Source: Octopus vulgaris
Lineage: Eukaryota
DNA length: 64,000 nucleotides
Direction: 5' to 3'
Assembly: GCA_951406725.2 (NCBI GenBank)
Contig: OX597826.1
Coordinates: 79,670,001-79,734,000 of the forward strand
Shown here: piece by piece, positions 53,286 through 64,000 of the stretch
How positions within the stretch are numbered: the first letter of the stretch is position 1
How the letters are laid out: every line of letters starts with the position of its first letter
The notes under the pieces: model-generated
What the model was told of the DNA's origin: nothing
Databases searched by the model: none
The model's input: the letters and a program-made list of their open reading frames with translations, nothing else
Made by a program: the position numbers and the translations under genes

Positions 53286-53859
53286 AACAAAGTAAATAAT
53301 ATTTAAAAGATAGTAATACGTAATGAAACAAGAGTAATATGATGTAACACATGTCACGTGCTTGCCAACATAAACAAGAAGATGACACTTCTAGTAACAT
53401 AGCATACAAAAGATAAATTATTTGGCGGCCATGAAATCGTTGTAAAATATCAGAGCATTCTGTTTCGGTCGAACCCTGAAGGGGTCGAAGATAAAGTTGA
53501 GATTTCAGCAGTATTCGAACTCAGAATGTAAAGAGCTGGAAGAAATATCGCAATCCGACGCTCCAATGTTTCCGCTATCTCACACATAAAATAAACCATG
53601 GCATCTGTAATATGTTCATCCATTTGCTTTTAAATCATTTTATTATTAATTTCCCATGCTGCTATAAGTATGTGTTAATATCTGAGTGTTTCTATTTGAA
53701 GATGGCTATATTTTCGGATTTCGATTTTACTTTGAAGAAACCACTTAACGAGCCATAAATGGAAATTGACACAACGTAATTTTACGCATATAATAAGCCA
53801 AATTTTAAATTTCTCATTATATTTTTTTTTGCTAAAAGTATCGCAAAACAACATGGCAG

Positions 53860-54145
53860 ATTCGAGTCTGACATAGCAAATGAAAAACTACGCTGTGCTT
53901 GCATTTTTCGCCGCCAATCCCATATACTCAGGGATGAGTTTGCTGTATGTGACCCGGTCCTTACGGTTCAAGGTTAGAAAAGTGCTGGGAGTTTCTGGAG
54001 GCGATGTGTCATCTTTGACAAAGAGAAAGAGACATTCTCAGCGGTGAAATGAGGCCATGGTCATGAAGTCGTCCATAAGTTCCAGGATATGATCAACGAT
54101 AATCTCTGCGTGTCGATGAGTACCATTGCTGAACAGCTCAAAAGC
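53860..54145 (+). pseudogene. Tc1/mariner-superfamily transposase N-terminal remnant
   Basis: KVRKVLGVSGGDVSSLTKRKRHSQR then FQDMINDNLCVSMSTIAEQLK (second HTH pattern S.R.IA..L.V). Confidence 0.5.
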
Positions 54146-57100
54146 GGGTAACATATTCATTCTAAATCAGTCATCTAGTGTACGAGGGCATCAGGTACGT
54201 TCCTTACTGATAAGGATACGAAAATGTATAACCGGAAAGGCCAGGGAGATCTCCAAACATCATGTGATCTCTAGGGCTCGCTACCTGCCCTAGCACCTTG
54301 GGTTGCTTCACCTGAGATGTTGCTCATGTGTAGGGCCGGCCTGTGGCATCAAACAGTCCAGAAAATTCCTTGAGCTGGCTGCCATTCTAAGGACATTGGT
54401 TGCCATGACTGGGAAATGAGAGTTGATGGTTTTAGATGTGTTTAATTGAACGCATGCAACACAGTTCTTGGAGTAGTTTGGAATCTTGGTGTCTTGAATT
54501 CTGCTTCTGTGTTGCGTTCACGTGAGGGCACTTGGTGAACCCTGTAAATTAGTATATTGGAAAGATTTTACTTCTGTTTTCTTGTTCCTTACTTGGATTG
54601 TACTTTTTTTAAGAAGTAATTTGATTTGAGATCGGAACAAAACAAAATAACTCATCGTGGAAGAGTCAATTTAGCTTTTCGTACATGCACGTGCACTGTT
54701 ATATTTATGAGTATTTTTTATCATTTTTTGAAATAGCAATATATATATATATATATAAATAATATATATGTATTTATATATATGAGACGAAGACAGGTGT
54801 GTGTGTCAGAAAAATGATAAAATAAGGATTTCTAATGTTAGCAAAAAGCGATAAATTAGTGATGGAGGACTATGATAAATAATATTGACCTCAGTATATC
54901 AAAAACTAGATGAAATAAATGATTTACTACGAAGACCATTCCTAAAGCACCTGTGGTTTTGTATCAATACTAAAAAAAAAGACTTGTATATCATCATCAT
55001 CATCATCATTAGATGCTCAATCATTCTATGATCACTGGTTATGTACTTATCTGAGCTTCAGCTGCCAGGTCGTTGATCTACGACAAAAGACTTTAATGCC
55101 TTATAAAACATATTATTGTGTCAAAAATAATAATAACGTAAAAGTGAACATAATAATCTCTGTGTTTTGATAGCTACACGGACTCAGCAGCGATGTGATT
55201 CTCCTGTTTATTTTATACTTATAACTAACACGAAAAACTAATACAGTTCCTATGCTAACATAGAAAACACGAAGGTTTATTTATAGTGGCCTCTATTTCT
55301 TTATTTTTCCTTTTATTCTAAACTCTAAACGCTTTATTAAAATAACTTCGAAAGCCTACTCACCTACATTCTCATTTATTTATTTATTTACTTTTTACAA
55401 TACCTACCTCGCTAGCATCACTTATTTTACCTGTAAAATATATGCTTATCCATGCAAGATTCTCGTTTAAATAGATTTGCAGTTCTTTCTCCTTCGCAGT
55501 CGCCTCCTCTAGTTCTTAACTTGCCCCTTTCTGCTTCTCTCTCTCTCTATCTCCCCTCCGTCTCCGTCTCCGACCTATCTCTCTATTACCCCCCCACTCT
55601 CTCTCTCTTTTTAATCCCAAATTCCTTCAGAACAACTAAACTATTTTCATCCTTCTAATTTTCGTAATTTTCATTTCTCGAATGTTTTCCTTTGAAGAGA
55701 CTCCGTCATTGTCTAGGAAGGCGCCGAGATGGCAGACACGATACAGTGTCGACCTAAAATAAAACTGTAACATTATATACATTCTATTATCTACATTCTC
55801 AGTTCAAATCCAGTCAGGTCGGCTTTGCCCTCCTTCTTCAAGAAATCAATAATATAATCACCGGTTGATTAGCAGTCTGCTCTAATCGAGCAGGCACATT
55901 ATTGGTTTGAAATTGGGTACAAGGCCGGCAATTTTGGGGGAGGGGATAATTCGATTACATCGACCTTAGTGCTCAACTGGTATTCATTTTATCGATTCCA
56001 AAGACATGAAGGGCAAAGTCAACCTCGGCGGAATTGAGCAGACGTATTATTAAATACATTCCAGACGTGACAGTTTTCTTAATTTCAGATACGATATCGC
56101 GAAATTTCCGTTATATAATGAAACCTTACTCTTTTAACTCTTTTACTGCATAAATCAGAGACAGCCGTTGAATATATCCTCACTCTGAAGAGTGGAGAGC
56201 AATCTTATCCCCCAATCTATCTTCTGTTGAGGAATGTCATGTTTGAAAGCACTTTTCGTTGAAATGTGTCAAATTTATTGAGGCAACGTTACTTGCAGAA
56301 AATACAACTTCTGTTCTTTTAGTGAACATTTAACATCTTTACTGGAATAATTATGAAATGTTATTTTTCAGTTATGGGCTTAAGACATTAGAGTTTAACT
56401 TGAGAGAGATTCATCTGCTCCTGGTAGCAGACCAAACGACTAGACTGGGGCTCATTTGCTGTCTGGTGTACAGTCAGGTCAGTTTAAAACGCTTCAGGCC
56501 AGAACTCTAAGAAATGGGGACGACTTTTCCTGTCCCCACTACGCCATCTTGCTGAAATTGCTTAAGCTCAACTCAAATATGTCAGAGAATTTCTATGAAC
56601 AAAGACATTCCACTCGTGAATTTCTAATCTATTTCTAGGATAAGGTGAACTTCGTCTAATGCATCCTTTGTGTTTATATAAGGCGGTCCAGCGTGATTTT
56701 AGAATGATGTGGCTACTTTATCTTGCATCAACTTTAACACGTCGTTGAGGCTCACTCGTTTGCTTGTGGTCATTACAACTGGTTCGGGCAAGACTACGAT
56801 TAAACGCGTCCCATATAGTGTATCGAAGATTAATGTATCAAATATAAGTTTGTTGATGTTAGGCAGAACCTTCCAAACTTATCACATTGGCGGTACACAT
56901 ATCGAAAGTTAGTAAAACTGAATATCATATCACGTCACTCGTCTCTAACTCTATGCAGAGCTGTCTGCTATGAAATCTACTTCACAGCCACATATCCGTA
57001 AAAATTGACTTAAGTGCTTATCACGTTCTTTAGGAATCTCTGTGATGGAGTGATTTGGAGGGATATTTTACTGTTATCTTTAGCATGTTGAGCAACTATG

Positions 57101-58996
57101 TAAAGGTAACCGATAGGAGATCTGCTATACAAGAAACTACAGATATTAAATGCTGTCATATCGAAAGATTTATTTTTCTGAATCCGCTTTAGCCTTTTCT
57201 AAATCTGGATTTGCTTTGATCTTATCGAACCTCGGGTTATATCTGATCCATCAAGCCTGTAATAAAAGCTATTCGAGTCATGCCTATCCAGTTTTACTTT
57301 TACCTGTGCCCTTTGCTTTTTAAGATGGTGGAATAACTGATCTCTCTAGTAGGTCGAGCGACTGCGTAAAGGTTTCTCTTTGGATCTAAATCAAAACTCC
57401 TATTCCTTATCGTAGCTAACACAAACATTAATCACATCGAATTATATTGTCGGTGGTTAGACATGCAGCGTGTCAGACACACTCCTTTCATCTCCTCTTA
57501 TTTCATTCATTTTCTCTTTATCACAATCACTTTATTATAAACACCGTTTTCACTTTCTTTCTCTTCTTTGTTCCCTTCATACAATTCCATCTCAAAATGT
57601 GGTCCTTTTTTTTAATATTTCAAATTGAGGTCACCACCTATAAATTGACCTAAACTGTTACATTATTCCACCCCTCCAAATACAGAGCAAGTTTTCATAT
57701 TAAGCAATCTCTTTTAAATGACGAGGTTTCCTCAAACAAAATCTTGTTGCAGTTATCGAATAGTTTGATATGATAATATCGATTTGATCACAGATCGGTG
57801 AACTAGCCAATACCTTTCCGTGTGTAATAAAGAAAGCTATTAATTATTTTAATGTTTTCTGCATTGATTGGCTCCGCTGATTGATGATGTAATGCTGTCA
57901 TTTAATATGATCGACGTAATAGCAAAACATTGAACATATCTGATCTTCTGTCGATTTTGAAAACCGATTTCAGCTTTCCAGTTGAACCAGTCGCACGTCG
58001 AGAGTGAGTATAGTCTAATTGGATTCTGTGGCAGACTTTTAATTAAAAAGCCGGAGATTCGCATTTTGCGTCCGGATCCAGTTCATTCACGACTGAAATA
58101 TTCTGTTCCATCTAGCTTTAATTATGTATGATAGGTTTGGAGCAGCTTATTGTTCCAAGCAGTGAAACCACTTTTATTTAGCATGTGATCTTTTGCTTCC
58201 TATGCCGAATACCCATCCTTCAGCAGAATAATCTACAAACAATAAAACTATGTTACCCAAGAGGCAAATGTATATCTCAACCGTTTAACAGCACAAAAAC
58301 CACAGACAAATACAAAACAGCAGGTGGTCAGTATAGATCACTGCGATTCCTTTACAATGTTCAGCTTTAAATTATTTTCGTTTCGCTTTGGAGGAAACCA
58401 TTTCAGAAATTCCCAAACGCATCGCAAAGACTCATTATTGATTTGATATAAAACTGAGACTTTGCACCCACACGAACGCTTATATCCTTCTTAATATATG
58501 GCAAATGATCTTAACATATTTTGTTGTTCTGGGACAGTCATAGTGTCTTAATACCTTATCATCTAACACACTCACCGGTTCGATTTTCACTCATTTATCA
58601 TTTATATTTTTCTTCCAAAATTTTCGTTGCTTTTGCAGCCTTGTTAAGGATTGTTGTCTCTGTCCGTTATTGGAGCTGCATTCCTTTTTGTCTGGTGTGC
58701 GCATGTGTGTGCGTCAGCTTGCATGTGAGCTTGTGTATGCAGATATGTATGTATATATGTGTGTGTATGCATATATGTATGTATGCGTGTGTGCATGTAT
58801 GTAAGTATGTATTCTGCATATTCCTGTGTTTGTGTGTGCGTCATCTTAACACAGAGAACCAATAAATTGATTTCCGTCCGCCAGTCCAACAAATTTCTGC
58901 TATTATAAATGTGGTGCACATCCTCTCTGGAACTGAACCGGAAAAGAAAACTTCAAGTACGAAGTAGCTAGTTTTACATTGCATTACATTTGTTAT

Positions 58997-59112
<116 letters not shown>

Positions 59113-60120
59113 CACAGGCTTATATAGTAATTGAGAACCTTGTTTCGGCAATAATCGTTCCCTCATCAGAGATGCGCCACTATTCATCGCCCATAAGGAG
59201 AATCGTTCTCTATGGGGCAGTGGCTTTATTTTGCATGATTTCGATACAAATCTATATAAACATATATTATGTAATTTATAAAATAGCTGACTAGCATATT
59301 ATATAAAGTATCTACGTTTGTGGGCTGTTCGGGGATTATAACAAAGCTAGTGTAGAAACAGCCTCATGTGAAAACAAGCACGAGTTGACGGTAAGCAATC
59401 TCTCACGTTCTGAGTTCAAATTACGCCGAAGACATCATTATCTTTCACCCATCTGAGGTCTGTAAAATATGTAAAATATGTATAAGTTACGTACAGAAAC
59501 CTAGTTGATCGACCGTATCTCTTTCCAGTATTTTTGGTTTGGTACTAATTTTAGCTGTTAACATAATTATTTTAAAATATGTTCCTAGTAGGCAGGGGAA
59601 ATAAATCTAGACACGTTTCCGCTTTGTTTTCTTGCCTTCATGCGAACATTGACTTCAAATAACACGTTCTGATTATATCACGTTGTCCAGGAGGAAAAGT
59701 CATTCACATACCACAACTTTGCTCGTAGCTCACTTGTAGTAGTTGTTTTGGTGAGAGAGGAAAGTTGCTTTGTCTAATTCTGTGGAAGAAAGTATTTAGC
59801 TCCAGTTTGGCAAAGACAAGTAAATGTTTTGTGTCGACTTTGAAGATCAGTTTTCTTCTCCCAGTCGTTCGATAAACTGCTTTACCATGAATTATAGCAC
59901 AAGTAGTTTGATGATCACCAAACACTTGTACTCTTAATGTAATTCACAGAAAGACACGGTGTCACACAGTAATAAGGTCTTCCCCGTTAATTACTAAAGC
60001 ACTTATCCAACGGGATGTTGCAGTGTTTACATTAAGCCAATACCTCTCCAAGCCACTCACATGAATATGTGCGAGGATACGGCTACTGTTTGAGCATGGT
60101 TGTATAATATTTATATAATA

Positions 60121-60351
60121 ATTTCATTATTGCCCACAAGGGGCTAAACATAGAGGGGACAAACAAGGACAGGCAAACGGATTAAATCGATTATATTGAC
60201 CCAGTGTGTAAGTAGTACTTATTTAATCGACCCCGAAAGGATGAAAGGCAAAGTCGACCTCGGCGGAATTTGAACTCAGAACGTAACGGCAGACGAAATA
60301 CCGCTAAGCATTTCGCCCGGCGTGCTAACGATTCTGCCAGCTCGCCGCCTT
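60121..60351 (-). mobile_element. SINE family C monomer, long tail type
   Basis: Intact head and tail; TSD tataatatttat(a/g)taata at 60103-60120 and 60351-60368. Confidence 0.92.
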
Positions 60352-60462
60352 ATAATATTTATGTAATATGTATAATACGGAAAAGTACCAACAGTTGTTA
60401 CTAATGCACGGATATATTTGCTGTGGTTTGGATTAAAGCCTATTTATTTCATGCGAGTGTGT

Positions 60463-60741
60463 GAAGGCGCTTGGCTTAATGGTCAGAATGCTGCACTCAC
60501 GAATGCGAGATCGCAGTTTCGATTCCCAGGCCGGGTGTTGCGTTGTGTTCTTGAGCAAAATACTTCATATCACGTTGCTCTGTGATCATTTCGTCATCCG
60601 GCAAACGTGGCACGTTGTGCACCCGTACGGGTAATATTAGTTTGATGGAGGGGGTGAGCTTATGCGCAGCACAAGCGTTTGATCACTAGAAACAAATCAT
60701 GTGTGGTTGTTCGGCAAGAAATTGCCGAGCTCTTATGTGTC
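60463..60741 (+). mobile_element. tRNA/CORE-like SINE with distinct tail
   Basis: Head and gttgtgttcttgagcaa...tcacgttgctc shared with the 7757 SINE; 3' part differs. Confidence 0.75.
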
Positions 60742-60778
60742 TATGATATGATATGATATATATATATATATATATATA

Positions 60779-61267
60779 CAGTAATTTCTCGACTATCGCG
60801 GGTGTTACGTTCCAAAACCACCGGCAGTAGATGAAAATCCGCGAAGTAGAACCAGTACTGTACTGTGTATATGCTTTATCATCTTTATAACTTGTATATA
60901 TATTTACTTTATTATAAATGCAAAACAACACTACACACTCGCCTCCCGTGTTTCCTTTTCCATACACTATGTGCAATTCTTTGTTTACTCATCTACAGCA
61001 CAACACGACGTATTTTCTTTTTATATATTCTAATTAATCTGTTCTTACAGTCTCCAGTACTGTACTGTATTTCTATTTCTTGATTTATTAATTTTCGGGC
61101 GTGAAAATGCTTATTTTACCACAGAAATATTTAAAATCTAAAAAATATATAAATACCTATCGGCTGCAGAAACCCGCGATATATTGAAGAGTTCGCGATA
61201 TAAATTTACATATATCAGCCAGAAAAGTCCGCGATGTACTGAGTGCGCGATATGAGAAGGATTACTG
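60779..61267. mobile_element. Tigger/pogo-type MITE, long form
   Basis: TA flanks; cagtaatttctcgactatcgcg / cgcgatatgagaaggattactg. Confidence 0.78.
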
Positions 61268-62404
61268 TATATACATGTATATGTATGTGGGTGTTATATG
61301 CGTGTGAGTAAGACAATGCATGTGTGTGTATGTTTAGGTTCATGTGTTAAGTCTGGCTTTCTTTGTGCCTCTATGTGTGTGTGTATGTGATCGTCTGTGT
61401 ATGTGTTACGTAGCTGCATTTATTTAAATGTATCTCTTTTATTTTCTCTTATCGCTCCATCCTCCTCGTTCATATATTTCTGACTAGAATTCAAGTCGCC
61501 TCTACGTCTATCTTTCATCTCTCCTTCTTCCGTATCATTAAACTCTCTTTCTCTTTGTCTCTCCCTCTTTCTCCCTTTCTCACCCTACGTCACTTCCTCC
61601 TTTGCTCTCGCTAACCCGCCATTAATCTAAATATAAATAACAAATTGTACTAATGAAACATCTTCAACAAAAACATCCAAAACAAAAATCGTTAATATTT
61701 AAGCGTCACGTGTCTGCTGTAAAAATTAAATAAGCTCCCAGTAATTCATATTCTGCGAACCGTTTTCAATTTCCGCCTGGAACCAGTTCGCTGAAGTTTG
61801 GTTGATAATGAAGAAAATAATGGCTATTACGTTGTTTTATTTTTTTATCTTTTTTCTTTTTTTAATGTTTTGTGAAAAAGTAATTAATTAAAAGCAACAT
61901 GGTGGCGGCAGCGCTTCCGATTAGTTTTATTATGAGTTCAAATCCCGCTGTGTTCGACTTTTGTTTTTAACCCTTCCAGGATTGATGGAATAAGTTCGAA
62001 TTGTTGTTGTCGCTGTTTAACTTCGGGTAAGTCGTCCTGGCTTTAGCAGGCCTATGATCAAAAGCGCTCAAGCCATGGCCACCGTCTAGACCAGTGGTTC
62101 TCAACAGGGGGTCCATACGGCCCTTGTGGACCCAAATAAGATCATGTTAATATGAATGGGCAATAAACTAGTTATACAGTACATAAAATATTTACACATT
62201 TTTCTATGCAATTCCTAATAATATTTAATGACAAAAAAATATAACAGGAGTTTTTAGGCACTCGATCCGCTGATCTCGGTGGAATTTGAACTTAAAACGT
62301 AAAGTTGAACGAATGCCACTAACCATTTTGGCCGGCGTTCTGATGACTCTGCCAGTTCGCTGCCTTGTGTCTATACTATAAAGCAATGCGTGTGCTTGTG
62401 TGTG

Positions 62405-62657
62405 TACATACATACATACATACATACATATACATACTTACGTACATACATACATACATACATACATACATACATACATACATACATACATACATACATA
62501 CACACATACATACATACATACATACGCATACATACATACATACATACATACATACACACATGCATACATACATACATACATACATACATACATACATACA
62601 TACATACATACACACACAGACACACACACACACATACATACATACATCATACATACA

Positions 62658-62686
<29 letters not shown>
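62405..62686. repeat. (CATA)n microsatellite
   Basis: About 280 bp imperfect array. Confidence 0.97.
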
Positions 62687-62688
<2 letters not shown>

Positions 62689-63269
62689 CAAATGTTTTGT
62701 TATACTTATGTTACGTCCCTTTACGTTTGGAACTGAGATGCACGCTGAATCGATTTAGTCATTCACCGTTATGAGGCTTGTAAAATAAGATACCAATCAT
62801 GTACCCGAATAGATTCTATCAATTACGGTCCACGAACAAAACAAACAAACAATTCCGGATCTTAATTGTTGCTTAAAATCGTTATTTAATGCAACGCTGA
62901 GGTGGATACGAAAGAGTGTAATTTGTAATATGCGCCAGATGTTATTTATTGTCTCCCTTCATATTCTCAAAGCTTGATTCAGCCAGTGAGGGCGCCTTCA
63001 CGTTCAGGTTCATGGGATTGACATTCTAAGTAACAAGCATTAACGTACTGATGAGATTCAAAGTGGGTGTTTGATAAAATCGGTTGAACATTTCTTTTCC
63101 ACAATGTGTGGCTTTATTCTAATGCTTCGAAACTACCATGAAGAAGCATTTCGCATGACCGAACACACGACAGATAACCTTGTAGGTTCTTCGCTGAAAT
63201 TAATTGAACAAAGGAAAAAAACTTTAGAAGTTTGTTTAATTATTCTGTAGTTGATTAAAAGCTAAATAA

Positions 63270-63480
63270 AAGCGGGGGAACTTGCAGAATTGTTAGCACG
63301 CTGAGCAAAATGTTTAACGGCGTTTCATCCGTTCTGAGTTCAAATTTCATCGGAGTTGACATTGCTTTTCATTCTTTCGGGGTCAACAAAATAAATACCA
63401 GTTGAGCTCAGAGGGTCGATGTAATCGACTTACCCCCACTTCCTGACATTTCTGGCCTTGTGACAAAATTTGAAACCAAT
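63270..63480 (+). mobile_element. SINE family C, diverged monomer
   Basis: Head gcagaattgttagcacg, tail ggccttgtgacaaaatttgaaacc. Confidence 0.82.
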
Positions 63481-63550
63481 CAAAAGCTACATATATACAT
63501 TTTAATTTACAAAATTCGTTTTTGGTTGTTGATGATAAATAACCTTGTAA

Positions 63551-63950
63551 AAGGCAGCCAGCTGGCAGACACGTTAGCACGCCGGGTGAAATGCGTAGCC
63601 GTATTTTTCTGCCGTTACGTTCTGAGTTCAAATTCTGCCGAGGTCGACTTTGCTTTTCATCCTTTCGGGGTCGATTAAATAAGTACCAGTTACGCACTGG
63701 GGACAATTTAATCGACTTAATCTGTGTGTCTGTCTTTGTTTGTCCTCTCTGTGTTTAGCCCCTTGTGGGCAGTAAAAAAATAGGTATTTCGTCTGTCGCT
63801 ACGTTCTGAGATCAAATTCCGCCGAGATCGACTTTGCCTTTCATCCTTTCGGGGTCGAAAAATTAAGTACCATTTGCGCACTGGGGTCGATCGAATCGAC
63901 TAGCCCCCTCCCCCAAAGTTTCGGGCCTCGTACGTAGAGTAGAAAAGAAT
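63551..63950 (+). mobile_element. SINE family C, dimeric copy
   Basis: Long-tailed first unit; second unit starts at ggtatttcgtctg (63783) and has the short tail. Confidence 0.9.
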
Positions 63951-64000
63951 ACCTGAAAATTATTTTATCGTCCTCTTTCTGTCGAACCGTTAATTTACGG

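Noticed and set aside
57860-57905. TGATTGAT plus TGTCA (PBX/HOX-MEIS-like) and TAAT-rich stretches such as 31320-31400
   Set aside because: Not distinguishable from chance in AT-rich DNA without conservation data.
59138-59172. Minus-strand CTGATGA...GAAAC..GTT hammerhead candidate
   Set aside because: Two mismatches in a 6 bp stem II and no stem I pairing; at most a relic.

Overview
AT-rich, repeat-saturated animal genomic DNA with no supportable host protein-coding exon; nearly all listed ORFs are translations of microsatellites. The SINE families and microsatellite load resemble Octopus (inferred from recognition, not a database search). Contents: at least four tRNA-headed SINE families, a 5'-truncated L1/Tx1-type LINE (33157-34743), remnants of Penelope-like, RLE-type (R4/Dong-like), Tc1/mariner and Ginger/Gypsy elements, a non-autonomous Helitron, several MITEs and long palindromes. 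Best leads: (1) minimal type I hammerhead ribozyme motifs of the Penelope kind, one inside a tRNA-headed SINE-like element (3381-3781); (2) a SINE whose tail matches the 3' end of the Tx1-like LINE and which forms three dimers with an identical internal junction, suggesting insertion into its own head; (3) retroelements sitting inside (CATA)n or (AAT)n arrays; (4) short inverted copies of nearby sequence captured between (TA)n tracts. All calls were made by eye and boundaries are approximate unless a TSD or TIR is quoted.
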